Below, piece by piece: positions 11,696 to 22,802 of a stretch of 64,000 nt of DNA. Numbering within the stretch: the stretch's first letter is position 1; each line of letters begins with the position of its first letter. Below the pieces are notes generated by a model. The model was not told where the DNA came from, did not search any database, and saw only the letters and a list, made by a program, of their open reading frames with translations. Source of the stretch: Pavona decussata (lineage: Eukaryota); the NCBI GenBank assembly GCA_977016875.1, contig CDRNST010000002.1, forward strand, positions 2,790,001 to 2,854,000, in the 5' to 3' direction. The position numbers and the translations under genes are program-made.

Positions 11696-12381
11696 AGCTA
11701 TCTCTATCACTCTTAAGACACACTTTGTTCGTGCATTTATTATTTTCTAATTAAGCCGTTATGTTAAGACATCCGAAGTGGAATCCATAACTGCAGAAGA
11801 AAAACAAAAACACGAACATGTGAGTTATCTAGTGTATATGTGAGAATTTTTTATTTTATTTATTTTATTTTATTGGCTTTGCCTTTGTTACCAAAAAAAA
11901 AAAACAACAACAACAAAAAAAATCACAATCAATATGTAGACGTTGGCAGGGACATCGCAACAGCTAAGTAGCCAATTACTGCGGGACCAGAAATAAAATA
12001 TATGTAAAAGAAAGAAAGAAAAAGCACATCACATGCAGCACATTATTGGTACGTCAAGGAATCTTGTGGAGTTGCATTTCAAACAGATGGTTTTAATCGT
12101 TAGAGGGTCGTCCGGATTGTAGTTCATTCTGACAGCACGAGATGTCTCTCTTGTATGAAAATCGAAAAAGAAAATCCATGTTAATTTTTCTTTCTCTGGT
12201 TTGATCATGAGACGTGCTGAGAAACGTAAAATTTCACCTAACAAGACGGGTAGGGCTATGACGCCAACACAAGATCACTAGTTTCGCGGTTTCTCTATTG
12301 CTATGTTGTTTCCGTTTACGAAGGAAGAAGATTATGACTGGGAATGTTGAAAGCTCGCACCTCATCAACCTATATTTGTGC

Positions 12382-12530
12382 GAAATTCGTCCCTGTACAA
12401 AAAACATTGTGTATGCTAGGTTTGAAATTTTTAGAGCTTTTCTGTGCGTTTTAATGAGTGTTTTGGGGTTTTTCGCACGCTAAGAATTATGGGTAAATTC
12501 GCAGTCGCCATCTTTTTCCGCAGAGTGGAT
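12382..12530 (+). repeat. ~150-bp direct repeat, copy 1 (copy 2 at 14398-14540)
   Basis: ATTCGTCCCTGT...CATTGTGTATGCTAGGTTTGAA...CGCTAAGAATT...CAGTCGCCAT...GTGGATT occurs twice, ~2 kb apart. Confidence 0.85.
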
Positions 12531-12992
12531 TGATAGTTCAAGCTTTGGATGGATGGGTGTCTAAAAAGAATGTAGGACATAACTGTTATTAAATATGATA
12601 AAAGATGTGACAGATCTAGAGTCAATAATGCAATGAACATATTCTCACCATGGTTCGCCATAGTTTCCCCTCCAGTGTTGCTAGTCTAAATATCTTCATC
12701 TCCCTCTGTACCTTGGAGTTCGCCACTTCCAGGCTCGCCTCCTCCAGATGACTCGGTCCCCTGGTCCTCGATGAGACGCTCTGCTAAGCTTCTCTCGTCT
12801 TCAGGATATTCTATTTACGGCAAAATCATCCATTGACTGTACATATATATTAAATGTTGACTGACCAAACAAGACAGTTATTGCTCACTTTGACTGTCTG
12901 AGGTTTGTTCTGACTATTGTAGTACACAAATAAATCTCTTGAGGGGCATTCCCATCACTGGGAGGGTAATAAAATATATTTTGCTCATGAGT

Positions 12993-13400
12993 GGGTCATA
13001 CATACTCGACGCAAGCACAAAACTGAAGCCAACGTGAAAACTGGGGCAACGCAAGCACAAGCGCAAGCATAAACGAAAACACAGGAAAAGGAAATCGTTC
13101 CTTTTTCTTGTGCTTGCGCTTTTGTTTCCGTCGTTGCGTCGCCCGTGTAAACCAGGATAACGCAAACATAAGCACAATTGCAAGAAAACAGTTCTGTTTT
13201 CTAGATGGCGGCGTGCACCCCCGAGCTTCAAGAACGTCTTGCCGTGGCTGTTCGCAGTTATCCTGTCTTACATGACAAGTCCTGTGCTAATTTTAAAGAC
13301 ATAAATAAAAACGTTTAGCTTAGAAAGATGTCGCTGCCACTATTTGTGTAGCTTCTGGTGAGTGGCATAACATATTCGCGGGATGTTTGCAGTTTTTGTT
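12993..13400 (+). mobile_element. PIF/Harbinger-type fragment carrying a MADF (Myb/SANT-like) ORF exon at 13205-13357
   Basis: MAACTPELQERLAVAVRSYPVLHDKSCANFKDINK (frameshift) ...KDVA followed by a GTGAGT donor matches the MADF N-terminal pattern. Upstream are GCAAGCACAA subterminal repeats. Confidence 0.6.
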
Positions 13401-13728
13401 GTCACTAGTTGAACTCAGTCGAGACAAGGCCAATTGTCTCAAATCTAAATACGGAATGAATGAATGAATGAACGTCAACGACGACAAGGTGTGACGTGCA
13501 CTTAAAAACGAATGCTAGTTTCATCTTGTAAATACTATCACTTTTTCAAGAATATAATATTGACTTATTTCTCTAACGATTTATGTCTGTTTATTTTGCT
13601 AGATTTTCCTAGTTATTAATTGATGTACCCTGCACGTTAAATAAATTAACTCTACATTTTTGTACTTACACAGTACTTCAGTTTACCAGAGAGTTACAAT
13701 AACTCTTATATTGGGTTAATTGGATGGA

Positions 13729-13920
13729 TAGACCTTAAGCAAAAATGGGTGACATTCTGATATTATTTTGTCTCTTTTCAAACTAGCCCTACTAGCCTCG
13801 CTCAAGGTAAACTATTCATTTGATGTTTTAACTCAAGTACAAGGCTAGTAACAGTAGTAAGGCTAATTTGAAAGCAAACAAAAGAAAATTAAAATGTCAG
13901 CCATTTTTTCATAGGGTCTA
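13729..13920. mobile_element. TA-flanked MITE, same family as 11511-11695
   Basis: TAGACCTTAAGCAAAAATGGGTGAC / GTCAGCCATTTTTTCATAGGGTCTA. Confidence 0.75.
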
Positions 13921-14397
13921 TAGGTAGTGTATTTCCAGTCGAACAGTATTCTTACCAGGAATTTCCGCAAGTTCCTCTGCCTCAAGTGAATCAGCTTCTT
14001 CAGGAAGTTCCTCGCCCCCTTCTGTACCGCCTACTGGTGTGTCAGCTTCGTCGACCCTTTCCTCGTCCCCCTCCGTATCTTCTACTGGTGTGTCAGCTTC
14101 CTTGGGCATTTCGAATTCCTCGTCATTCTTTGTGGCGGGTTGCTCGTTATCCTGAAAGACCTCTTCCTCCTCTCTTAAGAATCTTTCTAGAAATTCCTGC
14201 TCATCTTTCTCTCGTTCAGTGTCTTTCGTATACAAGGGAAAAAATACAACAACTTGAAGTTATATATTTGAAGCTGGGTCATGATTCCTACTGATCACTA
14301 ATCCACTGTAAGGAAAAAGATGGCGGCTGCAGATTTTATAACAATACCCAGCGAACCTAACACAACCAGTAAGCACAAAGGAAGTCATAGTTTTTGA

Positions 14398-14540
14398 GAC
14401 ATTCGTCCCTGTGCTAACAACATTGTGTATGCTAGGTTTGAAGTTTTTAGAACTTTTCTGTGCGTTTTTTTTAGGGTTTTCATACGCTAAGAATTTTGGG
14501 TAAATTTAACAGTCGCCATGTTTTTTCGGTAGGTGGATTT
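14398..14540 (+). repeat. ~150-bp direct repeat, copy 2
   Basis: Diverged copy of 12382-12530. Confidence 0.85.
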
Positions 14541-17500
14541 CAGTTACGGATAATATGACTGATTTACGCAAATAAACCTTGACTGGACCCAATCGTCATG
14601 AGTCATAGTAAGTCATGAGGGAGTAAGGACTGTTGCTGTCCTAGAGCGTTTCTGGCCATGCTACTGACACAAGCAGTGATCCGTACATAAAAAAATCTGT
14701 TTTTCAGACGTTTTGAGAATTTATATTTTTTCACAACTGAGAAACCGCAGCCGCTCATTCTTATGTTAATTTTGTTTGTTTATTGTGCGGTCTAATGTAT
14801 GAATAAACCATGAACTCCTTTTTTCCTGTTTAAGAGCCATGGAACTTGAAGTCCTAAATTAAAACTCTTGAGCAAGGGAACGACATAGAAATTGAGTGAA
14901 ATATACAAAGTAACGAGCTTAAATCTCCTCTATGCTACTTCTGCATGTATCTTATAGTTAATCAAACCGGCTTGTTTCATGTGCATTGAAAATGTCGATT
15001 AGAGCTAATGACTATATACCGACTCATATAGAAGGAATATCATAGGCTTCATTTATTCATAAGTCAAATTAGTTTGTAATTAGGTGTGAATCAAAATACT
15101 ATCCTTTAATGCGATTGCCATTCATTGATATGTCCTGGATTACTATACAGGAAAATAAACAATCAGAATATGAAAGGCCAAGCATGTCAAAAACACTAGG
15201 TTCATCCTAATTAAAACTAAAATCGTGCGAAGTCTTTTATTCTGGAATGGCCTTCAGTTTGGCATGACGGAAAACCCGCCGTGAACTGTCTTCTTGTACA
15301 CAACTGGAATGAAATTGATTTTGAAACGTTATAATACCTAAACCCACATTCATACTGAATTCTAACTTTCCGGACTGAGTCCGGGGAAAGCACCTCCAGT
15401 AGGGAGACTGAAAGCAAGTGATCAGTACTTTTCCGCATGGTTGGTACTTGTTTAACAACATTTTGCAAAACGCATCTGATTTAAGATTTTTGTTAGTTCA
15501 GTTCGGTCTTGATCGTCCTTGAAGGTAAAAAGCTTCAAAAGTTGATACTCCGATAACAAAAGCTTTATGACACTGTGAAAACTATGAGTACATGTAAACT
15601 AAAAATTGGCAGCAGAACGGGCAATTAGAAACGGGAGTAAGATCTAAAGGCAACCGATTTCAAACTGGCAAGAAAGCCTTTACATGGAGGTTGAAACCTT
15701 CGCTTACCTTCACTGACTGGAAATGAAAGGCAACAGGTGATAAAAGCGAGGAAGAATAATCCGGTAAGCTTCATCTTAAACTTCACTTAACAGCAAACGG
15801 GACAATTAATGATAAAAAATAAGATGACAGAAAATTTAAATTCTAAGAGCTGTCATCTAAGTGGTTACAATGTGTCCCTAGTAACGGTGACAGGTGACCT
15901 GAGTAGGTGGTTTGACTTAGAGACAATGACCGAGGTACAGATGTGAACTATTGAAAAAAAATTCCGCATTTCTTAGCGATTCGCATGACTCTGCCGAATA
16001 TCGTAAAAGCAGTAAAACGCGTATCTTACAGGGGTAGTCAACATTACTTATCTTCTATAAAGCGCCCTGTTAGGTTTTTGTAAGCTAGTCTAACCGCCTT
16101 TATCACCGCCTTTATCACCTTATTCAGTCTAACTTCTAACTACCGAAACGTTAAGCTGTTGCAAATAGATTGACCCAAGAGATTAAAACGGGTTCGAACG
16201 GGATTGGCTAACAAGTACTTGACTTAAGTGCTAACTATAGCACGTCATATCTTATTTCTAGTAACGAATGTCAAATATCTTCCGCCACTTCGAACGTAAC
16301 AACCAAAACCTCAACACAACAGGGATTTTTAGTGTGCTATAAACCAGGGATGCTTACAAGCGGAATTTGTTTTGAACAACGCTTACATCACGAATAGCCA
16401 TGAATAAATCATTTTCTACTAGCTTTTTCCTGTTTACTGACCGACACAATTAGAGTTCATTCCAGAAAAAAAAAAAAATGTATGTGACCTACGGTACAGC
16501 ACAAAGTGAGAGCGACATCATTGGAAGCTGATTTGATGAAGTGATTAATTAACGTAGTTCCAATATAACTTGCGAATTCAAGAATGAAATCAGCATTAAA
16601 CTCCACTTTAAGGCCCGTTTGCACTTTTCTGCGAGTTTTGTGCACTTTTTGTAGCGTTTAATTTTCTATTATCACGGGTGTATTTCAGCTCGCGTTGGTT
16701 GCGATTTGTCGCAGGCGTTTCGAAGACTTCATGACATATTTAGTGCAAGCGTGCGACGTTTTCTCAGAAAAACTTGGAACAATAACATCTGAGAGGGGAG
16801 CCTAAATACCCAACCCGTTTTTATTTTTTTATGCTGGCCCTGAGACTAAAAATTGCAGCGACATCTCGCTGAAATCACAGCTGGTTTAGACATGTGATTC
16901 AGTTGAGTACCTTGCTTTTGCTGGAGAAAAGGTACAGCGGAAAGCGCGACAAAAGTCAGGAATATAAAATCGGTGAATACGGTGCTTATCAGCTGTACTA
17001 AAACCTTGGGAGTGGAAGGGTTGATTTATGTTTAAGAGAAACAATTTTACTATTACTACCAAAGTGCATTTACAGTGCGGTCATTAGCATGCTCCTCGAT
17101 CGTATTTTTTCCGCAGCAAACAAAGTGATATATTTTCCCTTTCTTTGTCATCGTGCTCTTCATACTGTATTTGCATTTCCGTTTTAACACCCTTTTATCT
17201 GTCGCCCTTTTCAAGAGGGGGCATTTTTACACGTCAACTACTTCAGCCGTGACCGACATAACAGAGTAGAAACTGATTGCAGCCGGCCGGATTCCTAGCT
17301 TTCTGATCATTCGGCATGCATACGATGGTCTGACTTAGTATGGGCCCTGGAAATATCGACAAATTATGTCTTGATGTTGCAGCGGTTTAGAGATTAACGT
17401 CAAACATCTCTCATGCCAGCCGCTATTCAAAGAATGACCTTATTTTTGCGGTAACCATTGAGGCGTGTATTTTCCGCTTTCACTGGCTAGCTTTTACTCA

Positions 17501-18394
17501 GTGTTAAGTAAGTAAGAAGTCATTATTGAGTTATTATTGTAAGTTATTACATGATTTAAAGCGATCCACAACAAATAAACTAACTAAATAAATTTTATTA
17601 CCATGGTCAAGCTTCAGTCTTGTGATAAAGGGCATTCAACTTTTCGTGATTACGAGTCAGACGAAAGCAAGTGATGTTGGTGCCCCGGGGTTGGTGCTTG
17701 TTTTACCGGCGGTACTTTTGGACTCTTGCTCCGTTGGTCTTGCACAATCTTGAAGGCTTACTTCGAGACATACTAAACTACGCTACAGAACGCCACTGTT
17801 CACTAAAAGGAAATGTCGGTCGGTTATTCCATTACTGGGAAGGTGCCTGTACTGGTTCTAAACAGAGGAGATTTTTGTTCGTTCTACACAACAAGACCCC
17901 GGCAATGCTCCATGACATGTACATGCTATTTGATTGGTAACTGAAGTTTAAGAGGAATTCTGAGACCGTGGGATTGTCCTTACAAGTTCATATTGTTCTA
18001 AATGACTGAAAAGACTTATCTCGAATCTGATATGCATTTATTCAGGGGACTACTTACGAATTTTGCAACGCATTTATTTAAGACTATATTTAACTATTTC
18101 CGGCCGCAGTGCCCTTATTAAAATGCAACAGTTGTTTGTTTCTGAGAGGTCTGTTCTAAGACATTTTACTTGGTCCCTGGTTAACACTCCTTCAAAACAT
18201 AATTCTGTCGAATATGAGTAAAAACGTAGACGGCCCGCGGTCGTATCCTAGTTTTCACTGCTCGAAGAAGGGCAATAAATGGCATTTTGATTTAGACGAG
18301 CGGCCAATTTTCCGGCTTTCAGGAGCTGTTTCCTTGCCCCGACATGCGCTCAACAAAGGTAGCAGTTAAAAATGTTGGGTGTGTAGCCAGGCAT

Positions 18395-18486
18395 GTTAAA
18401 AAGAATTAAAAAATTGTTGACACTGGCTAAAAATATATACATATACTGGACGTTTTCAGTGTCAACAACTTTTTAATTCTTCTTAA
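18395..18486. repeat. Short inverted repeat
   Basis: TTAAAAAGAATTAAAAAATTGTTGACACTG / CAGTGTCAACAACTTTTTAATTCTTCTTAA. Confidence 0.7.
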
Positions 18487-18688
18487 AGGTAGCAGTAGTT
18501 CCTATTTCATGTGTGTGAACCAAAGGGTATAGTAAGAGCTATAATCAACAGTAAATGATAGATAGCACGCCGAGTTGGCTATCTGTCATCTTGTTACCAA
18601 CAAGTGCGAGTAAAATAATTGTTTTATTAAAAAAAAAAAAACACGAAAAATCGGCTTTTGCGATACTTTCTTTTCTCCCTGACGACTA

Positions 18689-19813
18689 CTGACTTAGTTC
18701 CTTATCTCCTCTGGGAGAATAGGGCCGTTGACTTGTTTTCTCCATCCCACCCTGTCTCTCGCAGCGATGACAGCCTCTCCCCAAGTGTCAAAACCCATCT
18801 TCTGCCTCTCTCCTTCCACAGTCCTTCTCCAGGTCTCTTTCGGCCGCCCTCTTTTCCTCTTCCCCTCCGGTGTCCAAGTTAGGGCAATGCGCGGGTTGTG
18901 ATCGCTGCTCATGCGCAGGACATGCCCTATCCACCGCCACCTCCGTCTCCTAATCTGCTCACTGATGGAGCAGGTTTTTGCTCGCCGTCTAACCTCTTCA
19001 TTTGTCACCTTCATTGGCCAATAGATCTTAAGTAGTCTACGTAAGCACTTGTGTAGGAATGTGTCCAGCTTTCTTTCGTTCCTCTTAGCCTTCTAAATCC
19101 AGACCATCTACACTCGCTAACTCCCAGTATACTGATCTTGTAACGTTGCATCTCCGATGTAACTTGAGCTGTTTTGCCAATGCTATACATTGTCCGTACA
19201 TTCCAACATCCAATTCTATACATAATTTTAGGACTAGCCAACGACCCTCTCAGTCCACGGGCTTCCTTGCGGGTTTGGCCCGCGTCCGTCATTCTGCCAT
19301 CATCCCATGTAATATAGTTATCCACCGGAGTTTGGCATGTCGTTGTGCTTGATCCAGTGTAGGTTTTCGTCAACAAATCTCTGGTTTCCGTAATCAGGTA
19401 TTTTTTACGGTGGAGGGTGATTGGCCCTACGACCAACTCCAATGGAGAAGGTTGGTGTTTTATCGGGATTTTCCTTCCCCTACGTAGCTGCCTTGCTGGG
19501 CTAACGGGTACTACCCCCCGAGTTTGATTTTGGAGTTTTCTTTCTCCTAGATGGGCTGCTTTTCACAGCTAAAGAGCCCCAACTGCCCTCTACTATCACC
19601 ATCCCACTTAATAGGCTGGTTACCCTGACGTAGTTTAGCCGGTGGGTCGACACCGTTGCCCGGGGTGTGGCCGCTGCAGTGTCTGCAGCTTCTAGGAGCC
19701 ATACGTCAGAGCTGGGTGTTGCGTGTGGACCAGTGCAGCTCAGTCACCCTGGGAAGGGTGCGACCGCCTCCCTACAAAGGTACTACCACAAGCAAGCACC
19801 CCCATACACCCCA
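18689..19813 (-). mobile_element. RTE-clade non-LTR retrotransposon with both ends intact and a large internal deletion; 12-bp TSD
   Basis: TSD CCCTGACGACTA at 18677-18688 and 19814-19825. The APE endonuclease N-terminus (RIGCWNVRTM...ILGVSECRWSG) is fused out of frame near 19082 to the RTE C-terminus (ERKLDTFLHKCLRRLLKIYWPMKVTNEEV...RRRRWRWIGHVLRM...GKRKRGRPKETWRRTV). No RT domain remains. Confidence 0.92.
19622..19812 (-). ncRNA. HDV-like self-cleaving ribozyme at the RTE 5' end
   Basis: P1 GGGGUGU (19812-06) / ACACCCC (19668-62). P2 GCUCUGACGUA / UACGUCAGGGU. P3 GGC/GCC. L3 begins UCCUAG, and P1.1 pairs CC with GG. J1.1/4 reads GGGCAAC as in genomic HDV. P4 CGGUG/CACCG. J4/2 GCUAA has the catalytic C at 19638. 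Confidence 0.85.
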
Positions 19814-20205
19814 CCCTGACGACTAACCCTTACTATATTTATAGTGGATGGTATAATGGCACATATACCATGGCTGCTAAACCAATCAAAACCCAGGAAC
19901 TGCGTAATCCAATGAGTCAGTTTTTAATAATAGCTCATAGAAGATTGAAGCTTATCGGAGCAGTAGAGAACACGAGCACACAGTACACACGCACACACGC
20001 ACGCACGTAAATCGGTCTAAAATGCTCAGTATTGCGTGAGAGACCTACACGGTAAAAAAATAAATCCACTACATATTGGCCTTCGTACAACTCGAGGCCC
20101 GTTCTCCCAAATTTCCCAAGGTAAAGCCTGAGATAGCTATCACGGAGCTCGGTGAGCTGAGAGCTAGAATGCAGGGAGTGTTGTTTGTGCCACATGAATG
20201 GCAAA

Positions 20206-20360
20206 AGGCCAATTTCAATATATCAAATTTCGTACCTGGCTATGTGGCTTAGGGAAAATAAAACAAAAATAATTGCTTTGAAGCTCAGAGATGAATAACT
20301 TGTCTAATTCCTCTAATCCTCGTAGCCAAGCTAGAATTTTAATATATCAAAATTGGTCTA
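20206..20360. mobile_element. MITE-like inverted repeat
   Basis: AGGCCAATTTCAATATAT... / ...ATATATCAAAATTGGTCT. Confidence 0.55.
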
Positions 20361-22802
20361 GTTTGCCCTCCACCTTTCGCGCCTTTTTTTCCTTTACGCA
20401 TGTACATGTCTGCAAAACTTTAGCGCATGCGCTTTTTTAACAGTTCTAAGCCACATCTTGGCTTCCGGTTTCGATTAGTCCACAGCGCCTGTGCACAGCG
20501 GTCAAACGTATAGCGCGTGCTCAATCGCGACTGCTTTGTATTCGCGAAGAAGCCGAGAATTCAAAGGAAAATGTTTAGAGAAAGTTGTTTTCCGGTTTCC
20601 TTTGAGCTGAAAAGATAAGGCCGTTACTGAGAAGAGAACCTGTAAGAAACGTTGAACACCAGTAGCAGATTTTTTATTTGTTTTCATTATCGCTTCTCAT
20701 TTTGTTTGTAATTCGCAAAAAAATAGTCTCTGAAGATCGAGTGTTATTAAATGGACTTTGTCCTATTATCCGTTTGTTTTCCCTTTTCCATTGTGAGATG
20801 ACGGAAATAAAAAAGCCAAATACGTCAAAGAATGAGACCAAAGACTTCCTGTTTGTTTGTAGACAGTTAAAAAGCGACAAACTATGGAAGAAATTGAGCC
20901 TACTGTATGCGCGAGTTATGCCATGAAAAGCCGACTGCCAACTGCCACCACTAGTCCCAAACGGTTAGACGATTGCAAAATGTTGCACGACTCCAGAAAT
21001 TCTTTGTTTCCTTATCCGTTTTGCAGACGAGAGGCAAGCAGGAAGTGCGAGAGAAATGCGCTCCACGCTTACTTCTCGCCCTAATAACGCATAAAAACAT
21101 AAACCCTTTACTGCAGGCCAGGCAGATTTCGACCTTTTTTCCAGTAATTTCGGACATATCCGCCTTCATGGAAAGATGTTACATTTATTGAACACAGTTC
21201 CAATTTTAGATGATTCAGTTTGAAAGCAACCAACGTACTTTGGGCAAAAACGGAACAACACGAAGCCGGAAAAATGCATAAACACTATGACACGTCGGAG
21301 CTGTGCATCCTGTGACCTGTGAAGAGTTGTAAAAATAATTGAATTATTCAGTTCGCAGCCTCTGTTTAAGTTAAATGTCGTTAGGGCTGTAAAATGCTTC
21401 GACTGTGCTTTTGCCCGCGAAGAAAAGTTTTCGATCATTTTTTTTTGTTTTGTCCAAAAGATTACCCATTTTAAAGTTTTTGTGATTAAAGTATAGTCCA
21501 AGCACTGAATCCATATACGGGTGCGAAAACAAGCTGTCTCGTTTCAGAGAAATATGGGCGCAGTTCTAGGCAATTCTAGGCAGTTTTAGGCATATGTTAC
21601 ATCGAGTTACTGCAACGGCAAGGTAAAAAGGAATACAGATATACATCAGCTCTACCGATGAAGACGATTATGATATTACCACACACAATAGAAGCAGCTT
21701 GAACTGAGGACATCGCGGCTTCAGGCTATTGATTTCCCAGGAAACACAGTCAGTTAAGTGGGGAATTGTATAAGGAATAAAACATTTGAAACCAAGAAAT
21801 ACGCAACTATTTGACTCAGTCATTGGCACATTTTGTAATCGCCTGTGTATATTACCTGATCGAGGCTTATTTTATCCATCATCAGCGGCGGGGTATTGTA
21901 AAATTTATCACAGTTTACTGTGGTGAAGGTCTTGCCCATTTTTTGCTACAAATCCAGTTCCCAAGGCGTTTGTCTTGTCCTGTAAGTTGCGTTAAAATGC
22001 CGTTTCAAACGATAGGCAAAGAACGTCAGTTCAAGACAAGAAATAAGTTACTTTGACTGCAGTACTGATTCTTAATAAACGAGTGCGTAAACTTGGATTA
22101 GCGGCTGCCAACAACTTCGGAAACAATTGACGACTGATTCACTGAAAGTTCGAAACGTGTTTGCTCCGTACAAAGTTCTGTTTACTCAACTTGAAATTCT
22201 TCTTTGAAAGATTAATAAATGAAATCATAACTGCAATATTTGTTGCTATTCGATTTGCGTTTAAGAAATTAAAATTGAAAACTAAGCCCTGATAAAGTCC
22301 ACCGATTCATTAATAAGAGATACTCTCCTACCTTTTGCTTCGTAAATGAGGAAGACGATCATATCCGCGCCAATTCTATTTTACGGGCCCTAGATCACCC
22401 TTACATATGAAGTAAACCTTAGCCTCACTTCGGGTTCGCAGTAAATTACCCAGGACATCGAAAAGGCCGGCACTTTACGACTCCTTCAACGGAGATTTAC
22501 CGCGGACATAAAGCTTTACGGAACTTTACGCGGATGCGTAGAGTTCTGTAAAGCTCGATTTACAGCTTAACGCAATTTTACGGCGTGTTTTAAAGTTTAG
22601 TAAATCTGCTCTTTCGTACTGTGTTTTTTTGCTATGATCATCGTTGAAGGTTTCTGTTATAGATAATAGGGCAGGACATCCTATCTTGGGCAGGATTATT
22701 ATGTGAATGATGTCTGAGATTTGTGGGGCCTATGTTTGGAGGGAATAATATCGGAAGTTCTACGGCATTATCATGGCTTTGCCCCGCCGGATCACAGAAT
22801 AC

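Larger units (their letters stand above)
12649..14222 (-). pseudogene. Two in-frame exons (14222-13956, 12810-12649) of a Glu/Asp-rich repetitive protein gene with an in-frame TAG; probably decayed
   Basis: Both exons have AG/GT boundaries (donors GTAAGA and GTGAGA), lengths that are multiples of 3 (267 and 162 nt) and phase 1-1. They join as ...DTEGDEERVDEADTPVGGTEGGEELPEEADSLEAEELAEIP-EYPEDERSLAERLIEDQGTESSGGGEPGSGELQGTEGDEDI*TSNTGGETMANH. The TAG is at 12688-12686. Confidence 0.6.
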
